Below are positions 11,255 through 19,782 of a DNA stretch of 64,000 bases, piece after piece. Origin of the DNA: an uncultured Chloroflexia bacterium (lineage in GTDB: Bacteria; Chloroflexota; Limnocylindria; Limnocylindrales; CSP1-4); NCBI GenBank assembly GCA_963802165.1, contig CAWDHT010000030.1, forward strand, positions 84,684 through 148,683, in the 5' to 3' direction. Every line of letters begins with the position of its first letter. The first letter of the stretch is position 1. The notes under the pieces were generated by a model, which saw only the letters and a program-made list of their open reading frames with translations, was not told the DNA's origin and made no database searches. Both the position numbers and the translations under genes were made by a program.

Positions 11255-12163
11255 ATGGAACTCATCGCCGCCCTCGTCGCCCTGGGCTTCGTCCTCGTCG
11301 TGGTGTTCGTGATCCTGTACCTGTCCGTGCGGGTCGTGCAGCAGTACGAGCGGATGGTCGTGTTCCGCCTCGGCCGGACGAACGAGGAGATGGTCCGCGA
11401 TCCGGGCCTCCGATTCCTGATCCCGATCATCGACCGGCCGGTCAAGGTGGACCTCCGCGAGACGCTGACCGAGGTGCCCAGCCAGACCACCATCACCAAG
11501 GACAATGCGCCTATCAACGTCGACTTCCTCGTCTACTGGCGTATCGCCGACCCGCTGAAGAGCGTCCTGGCGCCGCAGCGCCTCGACGACATGCTGCTCG
11601 GCGTCGCGTCCACCACCCTGCGCGCGGTCATCGGCGACATCAGCCTCGACGAGGTCCTGTCCAAGCGCGAGCAGATCAACGAGGTGCTGCGGGTCAAGCT
11701 GGACGAGATCACCGAACGCTGGGGCGGCAAGGTGACCACGGTCGAGATCCGCGAGATCACGCCGCCGCGCGACGTCCAGGACGCGATGAACCGCCAGCTG
11801 TCCGCTGAGCGGACGCGGCGCGCGGTCATCACCGAGTCCGAGGGAGCCCGCCAGGCGGCGATCAACGTCGCCGAGGGCCAGAAGCAGTCCGAGATCCTCA
11901 AGGCGGAGGGCGAGCGCCAGGCGGCGATCCTGCGCGCCGAGGGGTACGGCCAGGCGCTCGAACGCATCTTCGCGGCCGCCCACCAGATCGACGAGAAGAC
12001 GATGACGCTCCAGTACCTCGAGACGCTGAAGCAGCTGGGAGCGAGCCCGTCGACGAAGTACCTGATCCCGGTCGAGCTCACCCATCTCGCCGAGCAGATC
12101 GGCGGCTACGTGGACCGGGGCATGATCGCCCGGCCGCCCACCGACGGCGCCGACGCCGGGTGA
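11255..12163 (+). CDS. SPFH/stomatin (band 7) protein
   Basis: N-terminal TM, VVQQYERMVVFRLGR, ITKDNAPINVD, TTLRAVIG and AERTRRAVITESEG. GGAGGA RBS. Confidence 0.93.
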   Translation: MELIAALVALGFVLVVVFVILYLSVRVVQQYERMVVFRLGRTNEEMVRDPGLRFLIPIIDRPVKVDLRETLTEVPSQTTITKDNAPINVDFLVYWRIADPLKSVLAPQRLDDMLLGVASTTLRAVIGDISLDEVLSKREQINEVLRVKLDEITERWGGKVTTVEIREITPPRDVQDAMNRQLSAERTRRAVITESEGARQAAINVAEGQKQSEILKAEGERQAAILRAEGYGQALERIFAAAHQIDEKTMTLQYLETLKQLGASPSTKYLIPVELTHLAEQIGGYVDRGMIARPPTDGADAG

Positions 12164-13138
12164 TCCGGCGCGTCCTGCTCGTCGCGGCGGCGCCCATCGT
12201 CGCGTTCCTTGCCGTCGGCCCCGTTGCGGACCGGCTCGCCCGGCGCCTGATGGACGCTCCGCGGCGCCTGCCGGAGGAGTCCGGCATGGCCCCGGCGCTC
12301 GACCGGCTTGGCGGCGAGGTGGTCCGGCTCCGGGCGCGCGACGGCCTCCGGCTGGCCGGCCGCTGGCTGGCCGCAGAACCCGAGGAGGACTGGGCACCCG
12401 ATCCCCGCGAGGCCATCCTGCTGCTGCACGGCTGGAGCGGCTCGGTGACGCCCGACCTGCTGGACGCCGGACCGTTCCTCCGCCGGACTGCGGGCGTGCT
12501 GGGCCTGGACTTCCGGGGGCATGGAGGGTCGGACGACGCGCCGACCAGCTTCGGGCTCAGCGAGGTCGAGGACGTGGCCGGTGCGCTCGCGTGGCTGGGC
12601 GAGCGGGGGATCCGGCGCGTGGCCCTGGTCGGCTCGTCCATGGGCGGCATCACGGCGATCGCCTCGGTGGCGGTCCTGGGCGACGGGCGCCTTGCATCGG
12701 CTGACATGGATCCCAGCGCCCCCGCCGCGACCGTCGAGGCCCCGCGACCACGGATCGTGGCCGTGGTCGCCGATTCGGTGACGCCCGAGCTGGCGCTCGT
12801 CGTCGCCAACCGGATGCGGGTCCCCTTCGGACGTCGGATCGCCAACCAGGCCTTCACGCGCATGGCCCAGGCGGCTCGGTGGCGACCCCCGGGCCACAGA
12901 GCCCATCGCCGTCGTCGGGCTCCTCGAGGACCTGCCGCTCCTCCTGGTCCACGGCACCCTGGACCAGACGGTTCGCATGGAGGACGCGAATCGCCTCGCC
13001 GCGGCGGCCCCGGCGGGGAGCCGCCGCCTCGTCATCGAGGGTGCCGGCCACGGTGAGGGGCACGCCGTGGACCCAGGAGCCTACGAGGCGGCCGTCAACG
13101 CGCTCGTCCGCGAGGCGTTCGGCGCCGCCCGGCCATAG
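12160..13138 (+). CDS. Alpha/beta hydrolase (frameshift near 12872)
   Basis: LLLHGW, LDFRGHGGS and nucleophile elbow GSSMGG. The C-terminal LLVHGTLDQTV..GAGHG is in another frame, ending at TAG 13138. Confidence 0.82.
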
Positions 13139-13215
13139 CGGACACGATGCGGCACGCCCGTATACTGCACGCACACCCCGCGGGGAGCCCGGCCCAGCAT
13201 CCGGGAGGAGACGGG

Positions 13216-14406
13216 GTGGCCGTGACGGGAGAGCGTGTGGCAGGAAAGGTCCTCGTCGTCGACGACGACGCGAGCGTTCAGCGGCTCCTGCAGTTCACCC
13301 TGGAGCAGGAGGGGTACGAGGTCGTCGTCTCGTCGGATGGCGCCGACGGTCTCCGTCGCTGGCAGCAGGAGTCGCCGTCCCTCGTGCTGCTCGACGTCAC
13401 CGTGCGCCAGATGGACGGCTACGAGGTCGCCACCCGGATCCGCGCGGAGGAGTCCGGGTCGCGTCATACCCCGATCATCATGCTGACGACGGACAAGGAC
13501 GTCCAGGGCAAGGTCCGGGCGCTCCGTGCCGGTGCGGATGACTGCCTGATCAAGCCGTTCCACCCGGCCGAGCTGATGGCCCGCATGAAGAGCCTCATCG
13601 CGCGCTTTCAGCCCAGTGAATCGCTGGTCGGGCGGCCGCCGATGGGCCGGATCCACGCCTACTACGGGGCCAAGGGCGGCGTCGGAACGACGACCATCGC
13701 GATCAACGCGGCAATCGCGCTCCACGACCTGGGCCGCAGCGTCTGCCTCGTGGACGGCAACCTCCAGTTCGGCGACCACCGGGTCTTCCTGGACCTCGGG
13801 CTGGACCGCAAGAGCATCGTGGATCTCGTCAGCACCCCGTCGATGGACGCGGATCTCGTCAAGAGCATCGTCATCAAGCACGACTCGGGTGTGGACCTCC
13901 TGCTTGCGCCGCCCTCACCGGAGGCCGCGGATCTGGTCACCGCTGCGCACCTGCACCAGGTCCTTGAGCTGCTGGGTGGCTTGTACGACTACGTGATCGT
14001 GGACATCGACAAGCGCCTCGAGGATCGCAACCTGATGGTCCTCGATGTCGCCCACACCATCTTCGCGGTGATGACGGCCGACCTGTCGTGCCTCAAGAAC
14101 GTCCGCCTGGTCCTCGAGACGATCGGGCACCTCGGCTACGAGCAGAGCAAGCTGAAGCTGGTCCTCAACCGGTCCAATGCCTACACCGGCATCAGCATCA
14201 AGAGCGCCGAGGGGGCCCTGCGCCGCCCGATCGAGCTGCAGGTCGTGAACGAGTACCGGGGCGCGATCTCCGCGCTGAACACGGGATCGCCGTTCATGGT
14301 CTCGAAGAGCGACTCGGTGCTGGGGCGGTCCGTGGCCGACTTCGCGCGGGCCGTCGACAAGGGCGGCCAGGCAACCGGCCTGCTCGCACCCACGGCCGGC
14401 CGCTAG
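13216..14406 (+). CDS. Receiver domain + CpaE/TadZ-like (MinD/ParA family) ATPase
   Basis: Intact REC (VDDD, LLD, MLT, KPF) followed by deviant Walker A GAKGGVGTTT, VDGNLQFGD, YDYVIVD and VLNR. GGAGGAG RBS and TATACT -10. Confidence 0.85.
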   Translation: MAVTGERVAGKVLVVDDDASVQRLLQFTLEQEGYEVVVSSDGADGLRRWQQESPSLVLLDVTVRQMDGYEVATRIRAEESGSRHTPIIMLTTDKDVQGKVRALRAGADDCLIKPFHPAELMARMKSLIARFQPSESLVGRPPMGRIHAYYGAKGGVGTTTIAINAAIALHDLGRSVCLVDGNLQFGDHRVFLDLGLDRKSIVDLVSTPSMDADLVKSIVIKHDSGVDLLLAPPSPEAADLVTAAHLHQVLELLGGLYDYVIVDIDKRLEDRNLMVLDVAHTIFAVMTADLSCLKNVRLVLETIGHLGYEQSKLKLVLNRSNAYTGISIKSAEGALRRPIELQVVNEYRGAISALNTGSPFMVSKSDSVLGRSVADFARAVDKGGQATGLLAPTAGR

Positions 14407-14508
14407 GGCTCGGCCGGCGGCGGTCCGCAGGACCCTCGCGGTGGAATATCGCCCAGGGCCGCGCTTCGCATAAGTGCGCGGTGAGTGAGGCGGCCTACCG
14501 TGCCGCCC

Positions 14509-16089
14509 GTGCTCGCTACCATTCTCTCCGCAACGCTCAGCGGGATCACCGGCCGCCTCGTCCGGGTCGAGGTGGACGTCGCCCCGGGGTTGCCCGGGTT
14601 CACGATCGTCGGCCTGCCGGATGCGGCCCTGTCCGAGGCGCGGGAGCGCGTCCGGGGTGCGCTGCGGAACACCGGCTACCACCACCCGCCCCGGCGGATC
14701 ACGGTCAACCTCGCACCCGCGGAGGTGCGCAAGGCCGGAGCGTCCCTGGACCTCGCGATCGCCATCGGGATCCTGCTGGGCTCTGAACAGCTTCGGGTCG
14801 CGCCGGGGCGGGTGGCGCTGATCGGTGAGCTCGGCCTGGGAGGCGAGGTCCGGGCGGTCCCGGGCATCCTGCCGATGGGTCTGGCGCTGGCCGCTGCGGG
14901 CGTGCGCCGGGTGCTGGTCCCGGCCACCGCCGTCGAGGAGGCGGCGCTCGTCCCCGGCCTCGATGTCGTGGGTGTCGGGACGGTGACCGAGGCCGCGGAG
15001 GCGGTACGGGCCCCGCGTACCCGACGACCTGTTCCGACGCCCCTGCCGCGTGCCGACGGACTGGCAGCGGACGGGAGGCCGGCCAGCGGGACGCCCGTCC
15101 TGCCGGTGCGATCGGAGGTTCCGCCCACGGTGGATCTCGAGGAGGTGCGGGGCCAGGCCGTCGCGCGGCGCGCGCTCGAGATCTCCCTCGCGGGCGGGCA
15201 CGCCATGCTGCTGATCGGACCGCCGGGCGCCGGCAAGACCCTGCTGGCCCGGACGATCCAGGGGCTGCTCCCGGATCTCGACGACGAGGCTGCGCTGGCG
15301 GCCACGGTCGTCGCTTCCGTGGCAGGTGGGGAGCCCGTGCGGGCCCTGGTGCGACGGCCGCCCGTGCGCGCGCCACACCACACGGTCTCCTACGCCGGAA
15401 TGGTGGGCGGCGGCCCGCGCCTGTCGCCCGGCGAGGTGACCCTCGCGGACCAGGGCGTGCTCGTGTGCGACGAACTGCCGGAGTTCGGGAGGGACGTGCT
15501 CGAGGCCCTCCGCCAGCCCCTGGAGGACGGCAGCGTGTCGGTGGTGCGGGTTGGCCGCGCGGCCGTCTTTCCCGCCCGGTTCACGCTGGTGGCGGCGATG
15601 AACCCCTGCCCGTGCGGCATGGATGGCGTGGCGGACCGGTCCTGCACGTGTCCGCCCGGCGTGCCACAGCGGTACCGGCGACGGATCTCGGGGCCGCTGC
15701 GCGACCGGATCGACCTCTGGGTGGCCGTCGGCCGGGTGGCTCCGTCCCTCCTGGTGGCGGGACCCATTCCCGAGTCATCGGCGGCGGTCGCGACGCGTGT
15801 CGCCCGCGCCCGGGAACGCCAGCGGATGCGGCCGGGCGCGCTGCCCAACGGACGACTGCGGGGTCGATCCCTGCGGACCGCATGCCACCTCGGCCCGGAT
15901 GAGGCGGCACGGGCGATCGTCCTTGCCGAGCGCGAGGGACTGTCCGGGCGCGGGACGGAGCGGCTGCTGCGCGTCGCGCGGACGATCGCGGACCTGGAGT
16001 CATCGGACAGGGTGCTGGAGGCCCACCTGGACGAAGCCGCGCGGTTCCGGGCCCCAGCTGAGATGCCGTCACTCGCGGGGGCCGGCTGA
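14509..16089 (+). CDS. comM: ComM/YifB Mg-chelatase-like AAA+ ATPase
   Basis: VEVDVAPGLPGFTIVGLPD, ITVNLAPA, GPPGAGKT, PGEVTLA..DELPEF, LRQPLEDG, AMNPCPCG and RVARTIADL. Confidence 0.93.
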   Translation: MLATILSATLSGITGRLVRVEVDVAPGLPGFTIVGLPDAALSEARERVRGALRNTGYHHPPRRITVNLAPAEVRKAGASLDLAIAIGILLGSEQLRVAPGRVALIGELGLGGEVRAVPGILPMGLALAAAGVRRVLVPATAVEEAALVPGLDVVGVGTVTEAAEAVRAPRTRRPVPTPLPRADGLAADGRPASGTPVLPVRSEVPPTVDLEEVRGQAVARRALEISLAGGHAMLLIGPPGAGKTLLARTIQGLLPDLDDEAALAATVVASVAGGEPVRALVRRPPVRAPHHTVSYAGMVGGGPRLSPGEVTLADQGVLVCDELPEFGRDVLEALRQPLEDGSVSVVRVGRAAVFPARFTLVAAMNPCPCGMDGVADRSCTCPPGVPQRYRRRISGPLRDRIDLWVAVGRVAPSLLVAGPIPESSAAVATRVARARERQRMRPGALPNGRLRGRSLRTACHLGPDEAARAIVLAEREGLSGRGTERLLRVARTIADLESSDRVLEAHLDEAARFRAPAEMPSLAGAG

Positions 16090-17447
16090 TGCTCGGCATC
16101 GGCCGTCGTGGTCCGCTCGGGCGCATCGAGGCCGAGGCGGGAGGGGGTTCCCTCGGCGCTCAGGATGCCGTGGCAGATGCGACGGATCCGGCGGCAGGCG
16201 CCGGCGGCGAGGTTCGTGCCGGGAATCCGGCCGGCGCCGAGCGGGATGCATGGGTTGTCATCGCCGGGGTCGAGGGCGTGGGCCCCGTGTCCTTCGGACG
16301 GCTGGTGGGGGCGTTCGGCAGTGCGCGGGCCGTCCTGGCCACGGCGATCCACCGCGATGCACTCCAGCTGCTGGTGGCCACCACGGCCGGCCCCGACGGT
16401 GGATCGCCCACGCTGACCGCGACGGCGGCCGCGGCCCTCCGAGCGGCGGCGCGAGCGCCCGAGCGCCACCTCGAACCGGTGCGCCGCTCGGGCGTCACGG
16501 TCATCACGCTCGCCGAGGAGCGATACCCGTCACGGCTCCGCATGATCGACCTGCCGCCGCCGGTTCTGTTCCTGCATGGGGATCCGGCGGCCCTCGACCG
16601 GCCGTGCTCGATCGCCGTCGTCGGCACGCGCAGGCCCACGGAGGCTGGACGGGCCACGGCCGGGCGCATCGCCGACGGCGTGGCGGCCCTCGGCGCGACG
16701 GTCGTGTCGGGGCTGGCGCTCGGGATCGACGGTGCGGCGCACGCAGCCGCCCTTCGGGCCGGGACGCCCACGGTGGCGGTGATCGGCGGGGGACACGAGC
16801 GTCTCTACCCCGCGGCCCATCGTGACCTGGCGCGGTCGATCGCCGCGCGCGGAGGCGCGGTCCTGAGCGAGTTCACGCCGGACACGCAGCCATCGCGAGG
16901 CACCTTCCCGCGCCGCAACCGGATCATCAGCGGTCTTGCGGACGCGACCATCGTGGTGGAGGCTGGTGCCCGCAGCGGCGCCCTGACCACGGCCGCCTGG
17001 GCACTCGAGCAGGGAAGGTCCCTGTACCTCGTCCCGGGACGCCTCGATGACCCTGCCGTTGCCGGCTGCCTCGCCTTCCTGCGGGAAGCGGGCCCGGAGG
17101 CCCGAATCGTCGCGGGAGTCCCGGAGCTCCTCGAGGACCTGCGTCTCGTCCCTCCCGGCGGCCGCCAGCTCCCCACCGGCGACGCGGTATCCGGCGCGCT
17201 GTCGAGCGTCGAGGAGGCGGTGGCCATGCATGTCGCCGCAGGCGTGGCATCGGTGGACGAGCTCGTCTACGCCACCGGTGCTGCGAGTGCGACCGTGCTC
17301 AGGGCGCTGACCGCCCTGGAGGTCCAAGGACTCGTGGTGGAGGCGTTCGGGCGCTACCGGGCAGCGGGTCCACTGGCGCTCAGGGGCGCTCTCGAACGAC
17401 CGAACCTCTCCCGGCTGACGGGTCCGCGACCGGGCCGGGCGGCATGA
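16089..17447 (+). CDS. dprA: DNA-processing protein DprA
   Basis: YPSRL..PPPVLF, IAVVGTR, VSGLALGIDGAAH, FPRRNRIISGL and EAGARSGALTTA, with a C-terminal wHTH. Follows comM. Confidence 0.94.
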   Translation: MLGIGRRGPLGRIEAEAGGGSLGAQDAVADATDPAAGAGGEVRAGNPAGAERDAWVVIAGVEGVGPVSFGRLVGAFGSARAVLATAIHRDALQLLVATTAGPDGGSPTLTATAAAALRAAARAPERHLEPVRRSGVTVITLAEERYPSRLRMIDLPPPVLFLHGDPAALDRPCSIAVVGTRRPTEAGRATAGRIADGVAALGATVVSGLALGIDGAAHAAALRAGTPTVAVIGGGHERLYPAAHRDLARSIAARGGAVLSEFTPDTQPSRGTFPRRNRIISGLADATIVVEAGARSGALTTAAWALEQGRSLYLVPGRLDDPAVAGCLAFLREAGPEARIVAGVPELLEDLRLVPPGGRQLPTGDAVSGALSSVEEAVAMHVAAGVASVDELVYATGAASATVLRALTALEVQGLVVEAFGRYRAAGPLALRGALERPNLSRLTGPRPGRAA

Positions 17448-17463
17448 GCGGAGACCGGTTCGG

Positions 17464-17493
17464 TTGCCCTGAAGGTTGCGGCGGTGGTACGCT
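17464..17493 (+). promoter_or_regulatory. Putative sigma70 promoter of the Ig/CAP gene
   Basis: TTGCCC-N18-TACGCT with extended TG at 17485-17486. Confidence 0.45.
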
Positions 17494-17594
17494 CCGGCCC
17501 AACTCAGGCTGGCTCTGCAGCCGGCCCTCGTCCCCGGGTGCCGATCTCCGCATGAACGCGGATGACCCCGGCGGGCCGAATGGAGGACCACGTA

Positions 17595-19241
17595 TTGCGG
17601 AAGCTCGGGGAAACCCTGCTCGCGCTGCCCGTCCTCGTCCTGGCCTACGCCGTGCTCCTCGGTCGAGGCGGGATGGCCCGGTTCGGCGCCGGGCTGGCGG
17701 CCGCTTCCGTGGCAGTGGTCGTCGTGGTGGCAGGCCTGCCACCGGCCCAGAGCATCGCCGTCCCCGTCTCGAGCAAGCCGCAGCCCGTTGACGCCCGCGT
17801 CCTCGACGCCGTGACAACCGGGCATGGCCTGACGAAGCCATTCACCGTTGAGTTCGACGGGCCGATGGACCCGGCCACGGTTGCCGCCGCACTCCGGCTC
17901 CGGCCGGACACCGCGGTCACGTTCGCCTGGGACGACACGGGCCGCAGGCTCACGATCTCCCCGCTCAGCCAGTGGGAGGCCGACACCCTGTACGTCCTCA
18001 CCGTGTCCGGGTCGGCGAGGGCAGCCGATGGGGGAGCGCTCACGTCGCCCGTGCGCTCTGCCGTGCTGACGGCTCAGGCCGGCTCGGGAAGCATCGCCGC
18101 CACCCGCATGAGCGGAAAGCGCGCGCGCCCGGACACGGCGTTCCGGATCCAGCTGGACCGGCACGTGACGCTGGCGGCGGTGAAGGCTGCGATCCAGACG
18201 CAGCCCGAGGTCGCCGGCGACGTCAGCACCGGCGACGCCTCGGGCGAATTCCTGTTCACGCCTGGGGCACCCCTCGCGGCCGGTGCCGCCTACACGGTGT
18301 CCCTGCCGGGGCTCGTCGATGCCGATGGGGTTGCCTTCGGCGGCGTGCCCACGCTGTCGGTCCTGACCTCGGAGGCGCCGACCGTCGTGCGCTTCCGGCC
18401 GCGTGCCGGTGACACGGCCATGAAGCGCACCGCCGCGATCTCCGTGCGCTTCACGGAGCGCATGGATCGCGACCTCACCGCCGAGGCATTCCACGTGACG
18501 GTGGGCACCAGGGAGATCAAGGGTGCCGTCTCGTGGGCCGAGCAGGGCCGGGTCCTCATCTTCGTCCCGGCGGATCCGCTCCCCTACGGCGCGACGGTTC
18601 GGGCCAGCGTCGACGACACCGCCGCCTCCAGGGCCGGCACCGCGCTCGGGAAGCCGTCGACCGCGAAATTCACCGTGGAGCCGAAGCCGAAGCCCAAGCC
18701 CAAGGTGAAGGCAGCCGCTCCCGCGCCGCCGCCCAAGAAGAGCAAGCCCAAGCCGATCCCCAGGTCGGGTGGCGGCGGAGCCGTCGCCGGCAACTGGGCC
18801 GGTGTCGAGTCCTACTACCTGCGGCTGATGAACTGCACCCGGACCGGGGGCTGGGTGACGTCCAAGGGCGGCTGCTCCTCGCCCGGTGGGCGCGATGTGG
18901 CACCGCTGGTCCTCAACTCCGGGATCAGCAGCAAGGTCGCCCGTCCGTACGCGAAGCTCCTCGCCACGCGCGGGATCTGCAACCACTTCATCGGGGGCAA
19001 CCCCGGCAACCGCCTGCGCCGGGCGGGCTACACCAGCTATCGCTGGGGCGAGAACCTCGGCTGCCGCTCCGGCAATCCGAACTCCGCCGTCCTGGGTTCC
19101 CACCTGTTCTTCCAGAGCGAGCGGCCCTACAACGGCGGTCACTACCGGAACATGATGGACGCCCGCTTCAAGCAGGTCGGGATCGGCGTCTGGGTCTCTG
19201 GCGGCCGTGTCCGCCTGGTGGTCGACTTCTACACCCCCTGA
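17595..19241 (+). CDS. Membrane-anchored protein with three Big_5-like Ig domains and a C-terminal CAP (SCP) domain
   Basis: N-terminal TMs, repeated F..PMD / F.P..PL....Y.V Ig units, a PKPKPK linker, and CAP motifs NHF..RLRRAGY..WGENL..HYRNMM..VGIGV. TTG start 7 nt after GGAGGA. Confidence 0.8.
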   Translation: MRKLGETLLALPVLVLAYAVLLGRGGMARFGAGLAAASVAVVVVVAGLPPAQSIAVPVSSKPQPVDARVLDAVTTGHGLTKPFTVEFDGPMDPATVAAALRLRPDTAVTFAWDDTGRRLTISPLSQWEADTLYVLTVSGSARAADGGALTSPVRSAVLTAQAGSGSIAATRMSGKRARPDTAFRIQLDRHVTLAAVKAAIQTQPEVAGDVSTGDASGEFLFTPGAPLAAGAAYTVSLPGLVDADGVAFGGVPTLSVLTSEAPTVVRFRPRAGDTAMKRTAAISVRFTERMDRDLTAEAFHVTVGTREIKGAVSWAEQGRVLIFVPADPLPYGATVRASVDDTAASRAGTALGKPSTAKFTVEPKPKPKPKVKAAAPAPPPKKSKPKPIPRSGGGGAVAGNWAGVESYYLRLMNCTRTGGWVTSKGGCSSPGGRDVAPLVLNSGISSKVARPYAKLLATRGICNHFIGGNPGNRLRRAGYTSYRWGENLGCRSGNPNSAVLGSHLFFQSERPYNGGHYRNMMDARFKQVGIGVWVSGGRVRLVVDFYTP

Positions 19242-19250
19242 CCTCGACAC

Positions 19251-19280
19251 CACCCGTCCGGTGGGACCTTCGGGCGGGTG
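19251..19280 (+). terminator. GC-rich stem-loop after Ig/CAP gene (possible terminator)
   Basis: CACCCGTCCG-N10-CGGGCGGGTG, with no U-tract. Confidence 0.4.
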
Positions 19281-19312
19281 ACGGGTCGCCGCGCATCCGC
19301 GAGGATCGCTGG

Positions 19313-19717
19313 GTGATCCGCAATGTCGTCATCCACGTCTCCAACGAGCAGCCGCTGCTCGCCGACCTCTACGGCGTCCCATCCGCAGCCGACGTCGGGA
19401 TCGTGTGCACGAATGTGCGCATGATCGACGGGAAGCGCCCCATCTTCATCGACCACAGCGACTCCACGTTCTTCTTTCCGAACCTCCACATCCGCTTCCT
19501 GGAGATCCCCGCCGGCGAGATGCGCAAGCACCTCACCCAGGGCGGGAGCAACGCGGGATTCGGCGCGGCGGAGCAGGCCGCAGGAGATGCGAACCAGCGT
19601 CTCGCGGTGGTCCTGGGCGAGACGCCGGACGAGGTTGGCGTCGGCGGCGCGGAGCCCGACGAGGACGAGGATCTGGGCCTCGACGAGGACTTCCTGCAGC
19701 GCGTCCGCGACATCTAG
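19313..19717 (+). CDS. Hypothetical protein (small beta-rich domain + acidic tail)
   Basis: MIRNVVIHVSNEQPLLADL...TFFFPNLHIRFLEI...EDEDLGLDEDFLQRVRDI. Typical codon usage, and it fills the gap before topA. Confidence 0.75.
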   Translation: MIRNVVIHVSNEQPLLADLYGVPSAADVGIVCTNVRMIDGKRPIFIDHSDSTFFFPNLHIRFLEIPAGEMRKHLTQGGSNAGFGAAEQAAGDANQRLAVVLGETPDEVGVGGAEPDEDEDLGLDEDFLQRVRDI

Positions 19718-19782
19718 GGCGGCTCCCTGGGCGCCGGGAGGCAACCGGCGTGCTATAGGCCGGTGCTACACTCCCGGCCGCC

